This document shows, one piece after another, positions 55,910 through 63,846 of a stretch of DNA of 64,000 bases. The position numbers were made by a program, and so were the translations under genes. The DNA lies in IMG/VR virus record IMGVR_UViG_3300044675_005052; one strand, written 5' to 3'. Each line of letters opens with the position of its first letter. The stretch's first letter is position 1. This stretch comes from a virus (Duplodnaviria; Caudoviricetes). The notes under the pieces are model-generated. The model was not told the origin of the DNA. It was given only the letters and a program-made list of their open reading frames with translations, and did not search any database.

Positions 55910-56851
55910 GTGAAAGAATTAATTAAGAAATTTTTAAAAGAACAACTTGAAGGTGGTGAGGGAGGTAATCCTTTATCACGTAAAGAGATTATTCTATTTA
56001 AGTATCTTAACAAAAACCGAAAAGACGCTGGTACCCAAAAAGAATTATTGAACTTGGTAAGAGGTATGATGTCTTTCATTGGTCGTCCTGAATCTGATGC
56101 TAAATTTTACTATGAAGTATACACGGCAAATTTTAGACCGGATGGTGATTATGAGAATTTAGACCAACAAAGTTTCAGAGATTTTAGGCAATTCAAACAA
56201 AGAAAAACACCTAACAACGGGGCGTATGAATATACTGCTGCTAAGATACCGTTTAAAGGTTCAAACCTTGAAGGTTATTGGGATGTTAATGGTAAAAACG
56301 AATGGTATTATGTTGTAGTTTCTTACGGATGGTATCCATTATTTTTATTTATTAATAATATGTGGTACAGAGTTATGGATAGTTATTCTTCTTCAACATC
56401 TAAACAAATATCACATTCTAATCCGGTAAGATATAATTCAGGTTTAAAGGCGGATGTTATGTCTGTTACACCAAGTGAAATGAAAAGTTTGATTGCTGGT
56501 AAAGAAGTAACTGATATCAAAACAAGTAGAGTTTCTAATTTTACTGCAAATAACGAAGTGAAACGTAAGATAATTGGTCTTAAAAAATTAGTTAGTGGTG
56601 GTTATGGTGAAAATGCTCACAAAGTTAGTTTTACCATAGATGATATTAATGAAGAAGGTGGTAAAGTTAAGATAAAAGTTAAAGTAAATAAGGCGGGGAA
56701 AATGGTTGATAGAAAAATGGTTGCTGACCCCAACTTTAAAGACAACCCTGAATTATTAAGTGATATTGGAAAAACAATTAAACAAGAAATGTTGATGACT
56801 TATCCGAATTACTTAACGGATGACAATACAGAAATAGAATTAGTATATTAA
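55910..56851 (+). CDS. Hypothetical protein with FLKE leader
   Basis: 313 aa; aromatic-rich core YVVVSYGWYPLF. Confidence 0.7.
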   Translation: MKELIKKFLKEQLEGGEGGNPLSRKEIILFKYLNKNRKDAGTQKELLNLVRGMMSFIGRPESDAKFYYEVYTANFRPDGDYENLDQQSFRDFRQFKQRKTPNNGAYEYTAAKIPFKGSNLEGYWDVNGKNEWYYVVVSYGWYPLFLFINNMWYRVMDSYSSSTSKQISHSNPVRYNSGLKADVMSVTPSEMKSLIAGKEVTDIKTSRVSNFTANNEVKRKIIGLKKLVSGGYGENAHKVSFTIDDINEEGGKVKIKVKVNKAGKMVDRKMVADPNFKDNPELLSDIGKTIKQEMLMTYPNYLTDDNTEIELVY

Positions 56852-56876
56852 AAAGAGGAACATTTTGTTCCTTTTT

Positions 56877-56918
56877 TTTGTTTATATAAAATAAAGTATT
56901 ATCTTTGTACTCACAAAA
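56877..56918 (+). promoter_or_regulatory. Bacteroidota-type early promoter; 24-nt core identical to 52254-52277
   Basis: TTTG...AGTATTATCTTTGTACTCACAAAA. Confidence 0.7.
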
Positions 56919-56929
56919 ACAGAGATACT

Positions 56930-57673
56930 ATGACAACTACCACTACTACAACCATTTCAAGAGTTAGAAATTACGAAGGTTCTAATCAATTTTTATTAAA
57001 TCTTAAATCATCTTTACAAAAATGGGGAGCTTTAACTCCAAAACAGATGGAATTCGCTGAGAAAGCACTAAAAAGTGTTCAGACCGTTAACGTTGAGACT
57101 ATGTCTGAAGATTTACAAAAAATTGCTAAGTATGATGGGCCTAACGCATTTGTTAATGAAATCAAAGATAAATTAATGAAGTACGGAACTTTGTCTGATA
57201 AACAAGTTACTGCAACTCTTAATCAAATCCAAAAAGATATTGATAAGGCAAACACTCACAAAATGAGAATTCCTACTCCGGGTGAGACTATTACTGTTGG
57301 ACGTAAGATTGGACAACAAATGAAGGAAACTTATGGTTTAGAGTTTAACCCAATGATTATTGATATCACTAAGTTGTTAGCGGTTTCACCAAAGGCGGTT
57401 AAGTTCTCAGGGAAGATGACAACAGGAAGAAGTAAAGTTTGTAGATGTTGTGCTAAAACATTGACTGATGAGTTCTCAATGTTAACCGGAGTTGGAAAAA
57501 CTTGTGCAACACATATGAGAATCCCTTACATCACTGATGTAACTCAAGCTGACAGATTCCGTGAGGATTACTTGAGAAGAGTAGATGAGATTGGTGAAAT
57601 GGAGTTTTGGGTGCCAAAAGCACAATTGAAAAAATGGGAAGGTAAAACAGAAGTAGTATTACAAATGATATAA
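56930..57673 (+). CDS. Early protein with DUF6011-like Zn motif
   Basis: CRCCAKTLTDEFSMLTGVGKTCA; two N-terminal F/L..LK..L.K(W/Y)G.L(T/S).KQ repeats. Confidence 0.7.
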   Translation: MTTTTTTTISRVRNYEGSNQFLLNLKSSLQKWGALTPKQMEFAEKALKSVQTVNVETMSEDLQKIAKYDGPNAFVNEIKDKLMKYGTLSDKQVTATLNQIQKDIDKANTHKMRIPTPGETITVGRKIGQQMKETYGLEFNPMIIDITKLLAVSPKAVKFSGKMTTGRSKVCRCCAKTLTDEFSMLTGVGKTCATHMRIPYITDVTQADRFREDYLRRVDEIGEMEFWVPKAQLKKWEGKTEVVLQMI

Positions 57674-57675
57674 AG

Positions 57676-58011
57676 ATGAATCCGTATCCAAAACCTTTAC
57701 AGTTATTATTAACAGAGATATATAAGGAGTTTCCTCACATGAGGAGACATCCTGAATATCGTTTTTATTATCTTCATTATGGTTATCCTAAAAATAGGGA
57801 GTATTTTATTGTTTTAACAAATTCAATACCGGAATCTGAAGATGATGAATTCGTATCTTATGTAAGTCAAATGGGTTCTGTTTTTGGTTTTATTGAAGGG
57901 GTGCTTATGAAACCTGATGATTTTGAAAAACATATTATGAAACCAATCAATGAAAGTATAAATGAATTACGTGGTAGTGAGTTCAAAACTTTCGGATATG
58001 AGGTGTGGTAA
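57676..58011 (+). CDS. Hypothetical protein
   Basis: 111-aa ORF. Confidence 0.6.
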   Translation: MNPYPKPLQLLLTEIYKEFPHMRRHPEYRFYYLHYGYPKNREYFIVLTNSIPESEDDEFVSYVSQMGSVFGFIEGVLMKPDDFEKHIMKPINESINELRGSEFKTFGYEVW

Positions 58012-58012
58012 T

Positions 58013-58040
58013 TTGACTTTTGAAAAAAAATGACTATAAT
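58013..58040 (+). promoter_or_regulatory. Sigma70-like promoter TTGACT-N16-TATAAT
   Basis: TTGACT at 58013-58018 and TATAAT at 58035-58040, before ATG 58067. Confidence 0.55.
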
Positions 58041-58066
58041 ATACAAACAAACAATAAAACAAATTT

Positions 58067-58504
58067 ATGAACGTTAAAAAAGCTCTTAAAGAAAAAAACC
58101 GATTGGTTAAAGAAATCCAAGAACTTTATGCTAGATTGTCTCAGTACAATTCAGTTGAGGTTGGAAATGTGAGACCATATTCTCCTAAAGATATGCTTGA
58201 GCAAATCAATGAGAAAAGTAATGAGTTAGTGGAACTTAAAACCAAAATCCATAAAGCTAACACTCCGGTGTATGATAAAATATTCAGATTGTCTGAATTA
58301 AAATCTACAATTGCAAGATTAAAATCTTTGGATTGTACAGAAGGTGTGAGTACTGATTACTACTCACGAAATAGAGAGAATCCACCGGTAAAAACTGCTG
58401 AGGTATCAGTGGTTGATAGAGATGAAATGGTTAAATTTATGGAGGAACAGATTGAGGACATTCAGGATATTTTGGATAACCATAATCAGAATACCGAGAT
58501 ATAA
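58067..58504 (+). CDS. DIP1984-like coiled-coil protein
   Basis: MNVKKALKEKNRL...LKTKIHKAN...LSELK..I..LKSL...QDILDNHNQNTEI fits the family pattern as recalled. Confidence 0.6.
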   Translation: MNVKKALKEKNRLVKEIQELYARLSQYNSVEVGNVRPYSPKDMLEQINEKSNELVELKTKIHKANTPVYDKIFRLSELKSTIARLKSLDCTEGVSTDYYSRNRENPPVKTAEVSVVDRDEMVKFMEEQIEDIQDILDNHNQNTEI

Positions 58505-58696
58505 TAGTTCAGAGTTCGGGAGGGATTTAATAAGACAAGATGGTAACTACCATTTCCTTACAAATTATTCAGAGAGCATTGATAAATGATTGTGATAAAG
58601 ACGGACATTAAAACCTCAAGATTCAAATTTTCAAACCTAAACGGTCAAAACTTAAAACTCTTTTAGAATTTTATTATTGAACTTCCAACCTGACTA
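58505..58696 (+). ncRNA. Candidate structured RNA (~190 nt) in the 3' region of the DIP1984-like gene
   Basis: 5' end 58505-58533 pairs with 3' end 58674-58696 (~23 bp with bulges and G-U); internal hairpin ATGGT-aact-ACCAT; seven T/C-AAA-type units at 58608-58657. Confidence 0.6.
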
Positions 58697-58697
58697 T

Positions 58698-58730
58698 AAA
58701 AAAACCCTCACTTCGGTGAGGGTTTTGTAT
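58698..58730. terminator. Bidirectional terminator with C(UUCG)G tetraloop
   Basis: AAAACCCTCAC-TTCG-GTGAGGGTTTT. Confidence 0.85.
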
Positions 58731-58732
58731 TT

Positions 58733-59434
58733 TTAGAATTTTATTTCGTAATCTTCTAAGTCAACACTTTCTTCTTCTTCGGTGTTGTAGTTAAAATCAA
58801 AGAATATTGTTTTATCACCTGAGTTAAATTCCCAACTACCTTGACCACCTTCGTTATTTTCCCATCCAGCATAATTACTATTTAACATTGAATATAATAA
58901 TTCTTCAATAGGTTTTGGTACATCCTCTTGTTCACCATCAACTGTCATATCATCTTCAATATAACCATCGTCACCACCTCCACTAAACTCAACTCTAGCG
59001 TCTCTTCCATCTAAATAAGTGAATAATTCTTCAACAGCTTTTGCATATTCTTCACCGTATTCAGATTTAATATCTGGTAAAGTGTAATCACTACCGTGTG
59101 GTTCAGTTCCATACACAGTTTGATAAGCGTAGATGATTAAACTTTTTTCTTTACAATCAATCTCAACTTCAATTCTTTGTGAACCATCACATTCTGTAAA
59201 TCTATCAATAATTGATTGGTCATCAACTAATTTTTCAATAAGTTCATCTATTCTATCATAACCTTCTACACCTCCATTTACATCACGGGAATACCATCTA
59301 TCATCTTCCCAATCTTTGCTACAAGCTGATAAATAATATGTTCTATAAACATTATCGGCTCCGTATGAGCGACAATAGTATGCGAATAGTTGTAAGGTTT
59401 TTAATTCTTCCGGTGTTAATTGGGGAATATTCAT
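58733..59434 (-). CDS. Acidic protein with DUF6878-like C-terminal domain
   Basis: VEFSGGGDDGYIE...GWENNEGGQG motifs. Confidence 0.6.
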   Translation of the reverse strand: MNIPQLTPEELKTLQLFAYYCRSYGADNVYRTYYLSACSKDWEDDRWYSRDVNGGVEGYDRIDELIEKLVDDQSIIDRFTECDGSQRIEVEIDCKEKSLIIYAYQTVYGTEPHGSDYTLPDIKSEYGEEYAKAVEELFTYLDGRDARVEFSGGGDDGYIEDDMTVDGEQEDVPKPIEELLYSMLNSNYAGWENNEGGQGSWEFNSGDKTIFFDFNYNTEEEESVDLEDYEIKF

Positions 59435-59458
59435 AAATCTTTTTTTATTATAAATATA

Positions 59459-59809
59459 TTAATCTACGTTAATTTCCATAGTTCGGGTCATCCAAACAGG
59501 TTTTTCTTTTGCATCCATTGCTAATATCCATTCTTTTGCTGATGGTACGTAATTAAAACAATCCTCTTTTACGTGTTGTTCACCCACATAACGTGTATAA
59601 ACGACTTTTCCGTCACTATTTGTGAACATTGGACCAAACTTCTGTTCCATCTCAAATATCCCTTCAGAATGGTGTCTGAACATCCTATGTAATGAATGAC
59701 CATACCATCCTTTGGTGGAATCCAACCAGTTATGTAAGTGGATATAATCTTCCCATATTCCACCAAACTTTTTGGCGGATGATTTTGCGTGAATAATTGG
59801 GTGTGCCAT
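59459..59809 (-). CDS. DUF6915-like His-rich protein
   Basis: MAHPIIHAKSSAKKFGG...HRMFRHHSEGIFE...VGEQHVKED. Confidence 0.7.
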   Translation of the reverse strand: MAHPIIHAKSSAKKFGGIWEDYIHLHNWLDSTKGWYGHSLHRMFRHHSEGIFEMEQKFGPMFTNSDGKVVYTRYVGEQHVKEDCFNYVPSAKEWILAMDAKEKPVWMTRTMEINVD

Positions 59810-59859
59810 TTCTGTAGTTTTAACTATTTATAATTATAATTTAACAAACGAAATAATAA

Positions 59860-60393
59860 ATGAAACTTATATTAACAGAATCTAAATACAAAAACATATT
59901 ATTCAAATACTGGGACAAAATGGGTGGTAAAGTTGATGATAATTTTATTTCTATGTTTGGATTAGATGATGTTAATAATTACTTTACCTATAACCAAGCC
60001 TACAAGTACCTTATTGAATGGAGAGGTGAAAAAGAATCCAAAGAACTCGCCAAAAGTTTATTACTTCAGAATCCACACCATGTAGATAACTTTGGTACAT
60101 ATGATTTTTTCTTTGAGGTTACAGATATTAAAAATTGGGGATTAAATGAGGATGAACCAAATGTTGTTGTTAAAGTAAAGGTTGATGATTTAGGTGGTCA
60201 TCTTGATATAGACGGTGACCATAAAACATTAGAAGACGCTTTGGATAATGATGACTACGGATGGGAAGTTGATGATGAGGTTAATTGGGGTATTAATGAT
60301 TATTTCAAGGATAACATAACATCACAGACAGGAATACAAATCATATTTGATAGACCTAAATATAGCAGTAGAATTTTTAATCTTAATATATAA
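59860..60393 (+). CDS. Hypothetical protein with ILTE leader
   Basis: MKLILTESKYKNILFKY; TATTTAT at 59825-59831. Confidence 0.7.
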   Translation: MKLILTESKYKNILFKYWDKMGGKVDDNFISMFGLDDVNNYFTYNQAYKYLIEWRGEKESKELAKSLLLQNPHHVDNFGTYDFFFEVTDIKNWGLNEDEPNVVVKVKVDDLGGHLDIDGDHKTLEDALDNDDYGWEVDDEVNWGINDYFKDNITSQTGIQIIFDRPKYSSRIFNLNI

Positions 60394-61433
60394 TGAACGA
60401 AAAATATTTAAAATACGTAAACGACTTTAACACTGGTGATATGGATTACCTTATTGACATGTTTGAAAGTGTGGAAAACATACTAAAATTTTTTCATAAA
60501 AAAGATTTATTACAATTTATTGACCCATTTGATACTGACGTGGAAGATTATCAGATAGAGATATTAAATTACTTATTGAATGTTGTAAATGATAAAAAAA
60601 CATTAGAGTATTGTGTTGCTCAACTATCTGATGTAATACCTACAGGTGATGGTTATTACATGAGAGTCCAAGATAGAGAGGATTTAGCGGATTTATTTTA
60701 TGATGGTGGTCGTGATACTACAGCTAGAGATGTTGCCAAAGCGGTGTTAGGTGAAGATGATGATATATTTGATAGATGGGGTAACACAACCGATGATATC
60801 TATAGAGATGTTGTTGAAGAACTAAATCCTGCAAACATAGAACTATTAAAAAAATATATGTTGGACGTATTAACCAATTGGAAAATTGAGGTTGATGATG
60901 AGACACCTGATTTATTTCATAATTACGCTGATGATGAAGGTATTTTTTATCTAACACCTGAAAATGTTGGTGATGTGATTGGTGATGAGGAATCGTTTAT
61001 GTATTTAATTGATAATGATTATTTAGGCGATTTATCGGGTGACTTATATGGTATTCACTCAAATGCTTATAATAGTGCGTATGAGACGGAAGTATACAAT
61101 TATGTTACTAGTGAGTTAGAAACATTCTTTGATATGAAAAGTGCTAAATGGGAAGCTTCACCTCCATTTGAAGGTTCTCAAAAATTAATAGAATTTTACA
61201 AAATTAAATTTAATCCGGGTGAGGTTGTTAATTCTATTCACAAATATGTTGCTGAAAAAAATAATTGGGGGTATTATGTATATAATCTTAATAATGTTAG
61301 TACTTGGTTAAATATGATGAATACTTTTATGGAAAATGGTGATGAATCTTATCTTGATTTTAGAATACCGGATTATCCTGATAGTCGTTTAGTGGATAAA
61401 TATATCAATGAGTTTTTCCCTGATTATATATAA
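60393..61433 (+). CDS. Acidic hypothetical protein
   Basis: 346 aa, Asp/Glu/Tyr rich; coupled start. Confidence 0.7.
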   Translation: MNEKYLKYVNDFNTGDMDYLIDMFESVENILKFFHKKDLLQFIDPFDTDVEDYQIEILNYLLNVVNDKKTLEYCVAQLSDVIPTGDGYYMRVQDREDLADLFYDGGRDTTARDVAKAVLGEDDDIFDRWGNTTDDIYRDVVEELNPANIELLKKYMLDVLTNWKIEVDDETPDLFHNYADDEGIFYLTPENVGDVIGDEESFMYLIDNDYLGDLSGDLYGIHSNAYNSAYETEVYNYVTSELETFFDMKSAKWEASPPFEGSQKLIEFYKIKFNPGEVVNSIHKYVAEKNNWGYYVYNLNNVSTWLNMMNTFMENGDESYLDFRIPDYPDSRLVDKYINEFFPDYI

Positions 61434-61798
61434 TGGATACTGAAGATAAAATAAATAAGTTAGGTGAGTTAATCCGTAAAATTGTTGATAAAGACAACAA
61501 AATGCAAGGTCAATACAGTATGCCTTATTCAACAGCTGAAGATGATTATGCTGATTGGAAAGTGACGTTCAAAGTAATCCGTGTAAGTTTATGGGAAAGT
61601 AAAAAATACAATCAATGTAAGTATGGAGCATCTGTTTATCTTAAAGCAGATGTTATGATTGGGTTTGAAGGTGATTGGGAAGGTAAATTTAACATATGGG
61701 ATTTACCAAGTTGGGTTAAAGATGATGTTGAAGATAAAATATTAGATAATATTGACCAATTTTTACCTATGGTCTGTTCTGATTTAACTTTTGTTTAA
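61433..61798 (+). CDS. Hypothetical protein
   Basis: 121 aa; coupled start. Confidence 0.65.
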   Translation: MDTEDKINKLGELIRKIVDKDNKMQGQYSMPYSTAEDDYADWKVTFKVIRVSLWESKKYNQCKYGASVYLKADVMIGFEGDWEGKFNIWDLPSWVKDDVEDKILDNIDQFLPMVCSDLTFV

Positions 61799-62466
61799 GT
61801 TAATCCATTCCCAAATGAATCATAGTAACCAATTATTGGCATTATAAACATATACTCGGTATCAATGAGATTTTTTTCATTATATAGAATGCTCATTTGT
61901 TCTGAAATAATGTCTTGTTCTTGTTCAGAGGAATCAGTGTCATATATAAAACTTTGAATAAATTCTTGTAATGTATCATCATCAACATCTTCATTATCTA
62001 TATTTGGATTAAATAACTCTAAATCTAAATGAAAATATAAGGATTCGGTATCAGGGTATTCTATTGACCAATTTTTTACAAAACATTCAGCGTTTAATAT
62101 TGAACCTGAATCGTTTAATTGTATTTCATTAAAATTCTCTAACGATTTGTTTATTTTATCACGGGTTTCTTTACTAATGTATACATCTTGTTTACTTAAT
62201 CTACAATATTTTGGGCCTATTACAGACCAATCAAGACCACCTGAAACTTTTTCACGATTTACAACACCCGCTAGTTCAAGAAATTCGTATAACATTTCCT
62301 CAAGATGACCTTCAACCACTGTTGACGAATAGGACACGTCATTTGGATTTTCAACTTCCCAAATTATTCTATCGTCAATTATAAATGGGTGTAATACCAA
62401 TCCGTGTATAATGGTTGGTTTTTTAAGTTTGTTGTAATATAATTTTATTAGTTTTTCTGATACCAT
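61795..62466 (-). CDS. Acidic hypothetical protein
   Basis: 223 aa; late motif at 62471-62477. Confidence 0.65.
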   Translation of the reverse strand: MVSEKLIKLYYNKLKKPTIIHGLVLHPFIIDDRIIWEVENPNDVSYSSTVVEGHLEEMLYEFLELAGVVNREKVSGGLDWSVIGPKYCRLSKQDVYISKETRDKINKSLENFNEIQLNDSGSILNAECFVKNWSIEYPDTESLYFHLDLELFNPNIDNEDVDDDTLQEFIQSFIYDTDSSEQEQDIISEQMSILYNEKNLIDTEYMFIMPIIGYYDSFGNGLT

Positions 62467-62506
62467 AATAATAAATATACATATTTATCAAATATATAAC
62501 AAGAAT

Positions 62507-62995
62507 ATGAAGGACAGAAAAAAAATATTAAACGATTTAATAACTAAAGGTGGTTTATCTTCCGCGGCTAATTTGACCGGATTATCTAACCTTGATTTAA
62601 TTAAACGAAGTGATTGTTATATTGATACAAAAATGGCAAACGATATTATTCCTGATTTAATTAGAGAGAAAATATTTCCAAAAAAATACAAAAATTGTGA
62701 AATAACTTTTGATAGAATGAGTGGTGTGGTTGAGTGGATTTGTGTTTGGGATAAAGAAACTACATATACATATGCAACTCCTTTTTGGGATGTTGAGTTA
62801 GGAATACCTGTTGATACCACTTCATATATGGATGGATTAGGTAATGAATTTACTGATAATCAATTTACTAATATAAAATGGGGTGAGGGTTTTGATAATC
62901 TTGCTTTATATGATAGATGGATAAGAAGATTTTATTTACCGCAGGTTCACAATGTAATTCAAAAACATTTGGAAGAATATCGTATTAATTTATAG
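62507..62995 (+). CDS. Hypothetical protein
   Basis: 162 aa; YATPFWD motif. Confidence 0.65.
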   Translation: MKDRKKILNDLITKGGLSSAANLTGLSNLDLIKRSDCYIDTKMANDIIPDLIREKIFPKKYKNCEITFDRMSGVVEWICVWDKETTYTYATPFWDVELGIPVDTTSYMDGLGNEFTDNQFTNIKWGEGFDNLALYDRWIRRFYLPQVHNVIQKHLEEYRINL

Positions 62996-62996
62996 T

Positions 62997-63815
62997 TTAG
63001 ATTCTAACAACTCCGTTACTATCTCTATTAATTAATTCAGGGTTTTCATTCATATGAAATAAAAATGTATCACCATTTTCATAACCTTCATACTCTTCAG
63101 ATATTTCATAATATTCTCTCATGATTAATGTTTGGTTGTTGTTATAAAAATTATTTGAATCTTCAGTATCAATTTGTTCGTGGTGTTTTATATTGGCAAA
63201 ATACATTTTCCAACGACCACTCCAAGAAACAAAATCAGTATATATAACTTCAGAAGAATCGGATGATTCAACTTTACCTGTTGAATCACAAGTATAACAA
63301 CCCGTCTCACCATCGCCACCACAATAATTACAAGATTCGGAAGTGTGACCATTACAATGTTCACAAGTTTGTTTCCCATCACCTTCACACATATCACATT
63401 CTTCACCAGCATCTTCATCCATACCTGAACCACCACAATATCTACAATCCTCTTCACCGGAGCCATCACAAATACCACATTCTACTTCACCTGTACCATC
63501 ACAATTATCACAATTTTCATTACCATGACCACCACATTCAGGACATTCAACTTCAGGTTCTGAATTGTATATTTCAACTAATTCAATAGTGAACATATTA
63601 TTTTCAATTCTATCATAGTCCTCATCAATATCTGAACCCATATTAAAACGAGGAACTAATAATGAAAACATAACTAAATCTTTTGCTTTTAGTATAAAAG
63701 ATAACGATTCAAAATTGTTATCGTTAAGAATGTCTCGATATACTCCTGTAGGGTTTTTATTGATAAATGATTTTCCGGTTTTTCTAACTAACGAAAGTAA
63801 TTTGTGTTTTTCCAT
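62997..63815 (-). CDS. Protein with expanded DnaJ-type CxxCxGxG zinc-finger array (no J domain)
   Basis: Eight CxxC motifs: CPECGGHG, CDNCDGTG, CGICDGSG, CRYCGGSG, CDMCEGDG, CEHCNGHT, CNYCGGDG, CYTCDSTG. Confidence 0.75.
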   Translation of the reverse strand: MEKHKLLSLVRKTGKSFINKNPTGVYRDILNDNNFESLSFILKAKDLVMFSLLVPRFNMGSDIDEDYDRIENNMFTIELVEIYNSEPEVECPECGGHGNENCDNCDGTGEVECGICDGSGEEDCRYCGGSGMDEDAGEECDMCEGDGKQTCEHCNGHTSESCNYCGGDGETGCYTCDSTGKVESSDSSEVIYTDFVSWSGRWKMYFANIKHHEQIDTEDSNNFYNNNQTLIMREYYEISEEYEGYENGDTFLFHMNENPELINRDSNGVVRI

Positions 63816-63846
63816 AATATTTTAGATTGCAAATATATTTATAAAT

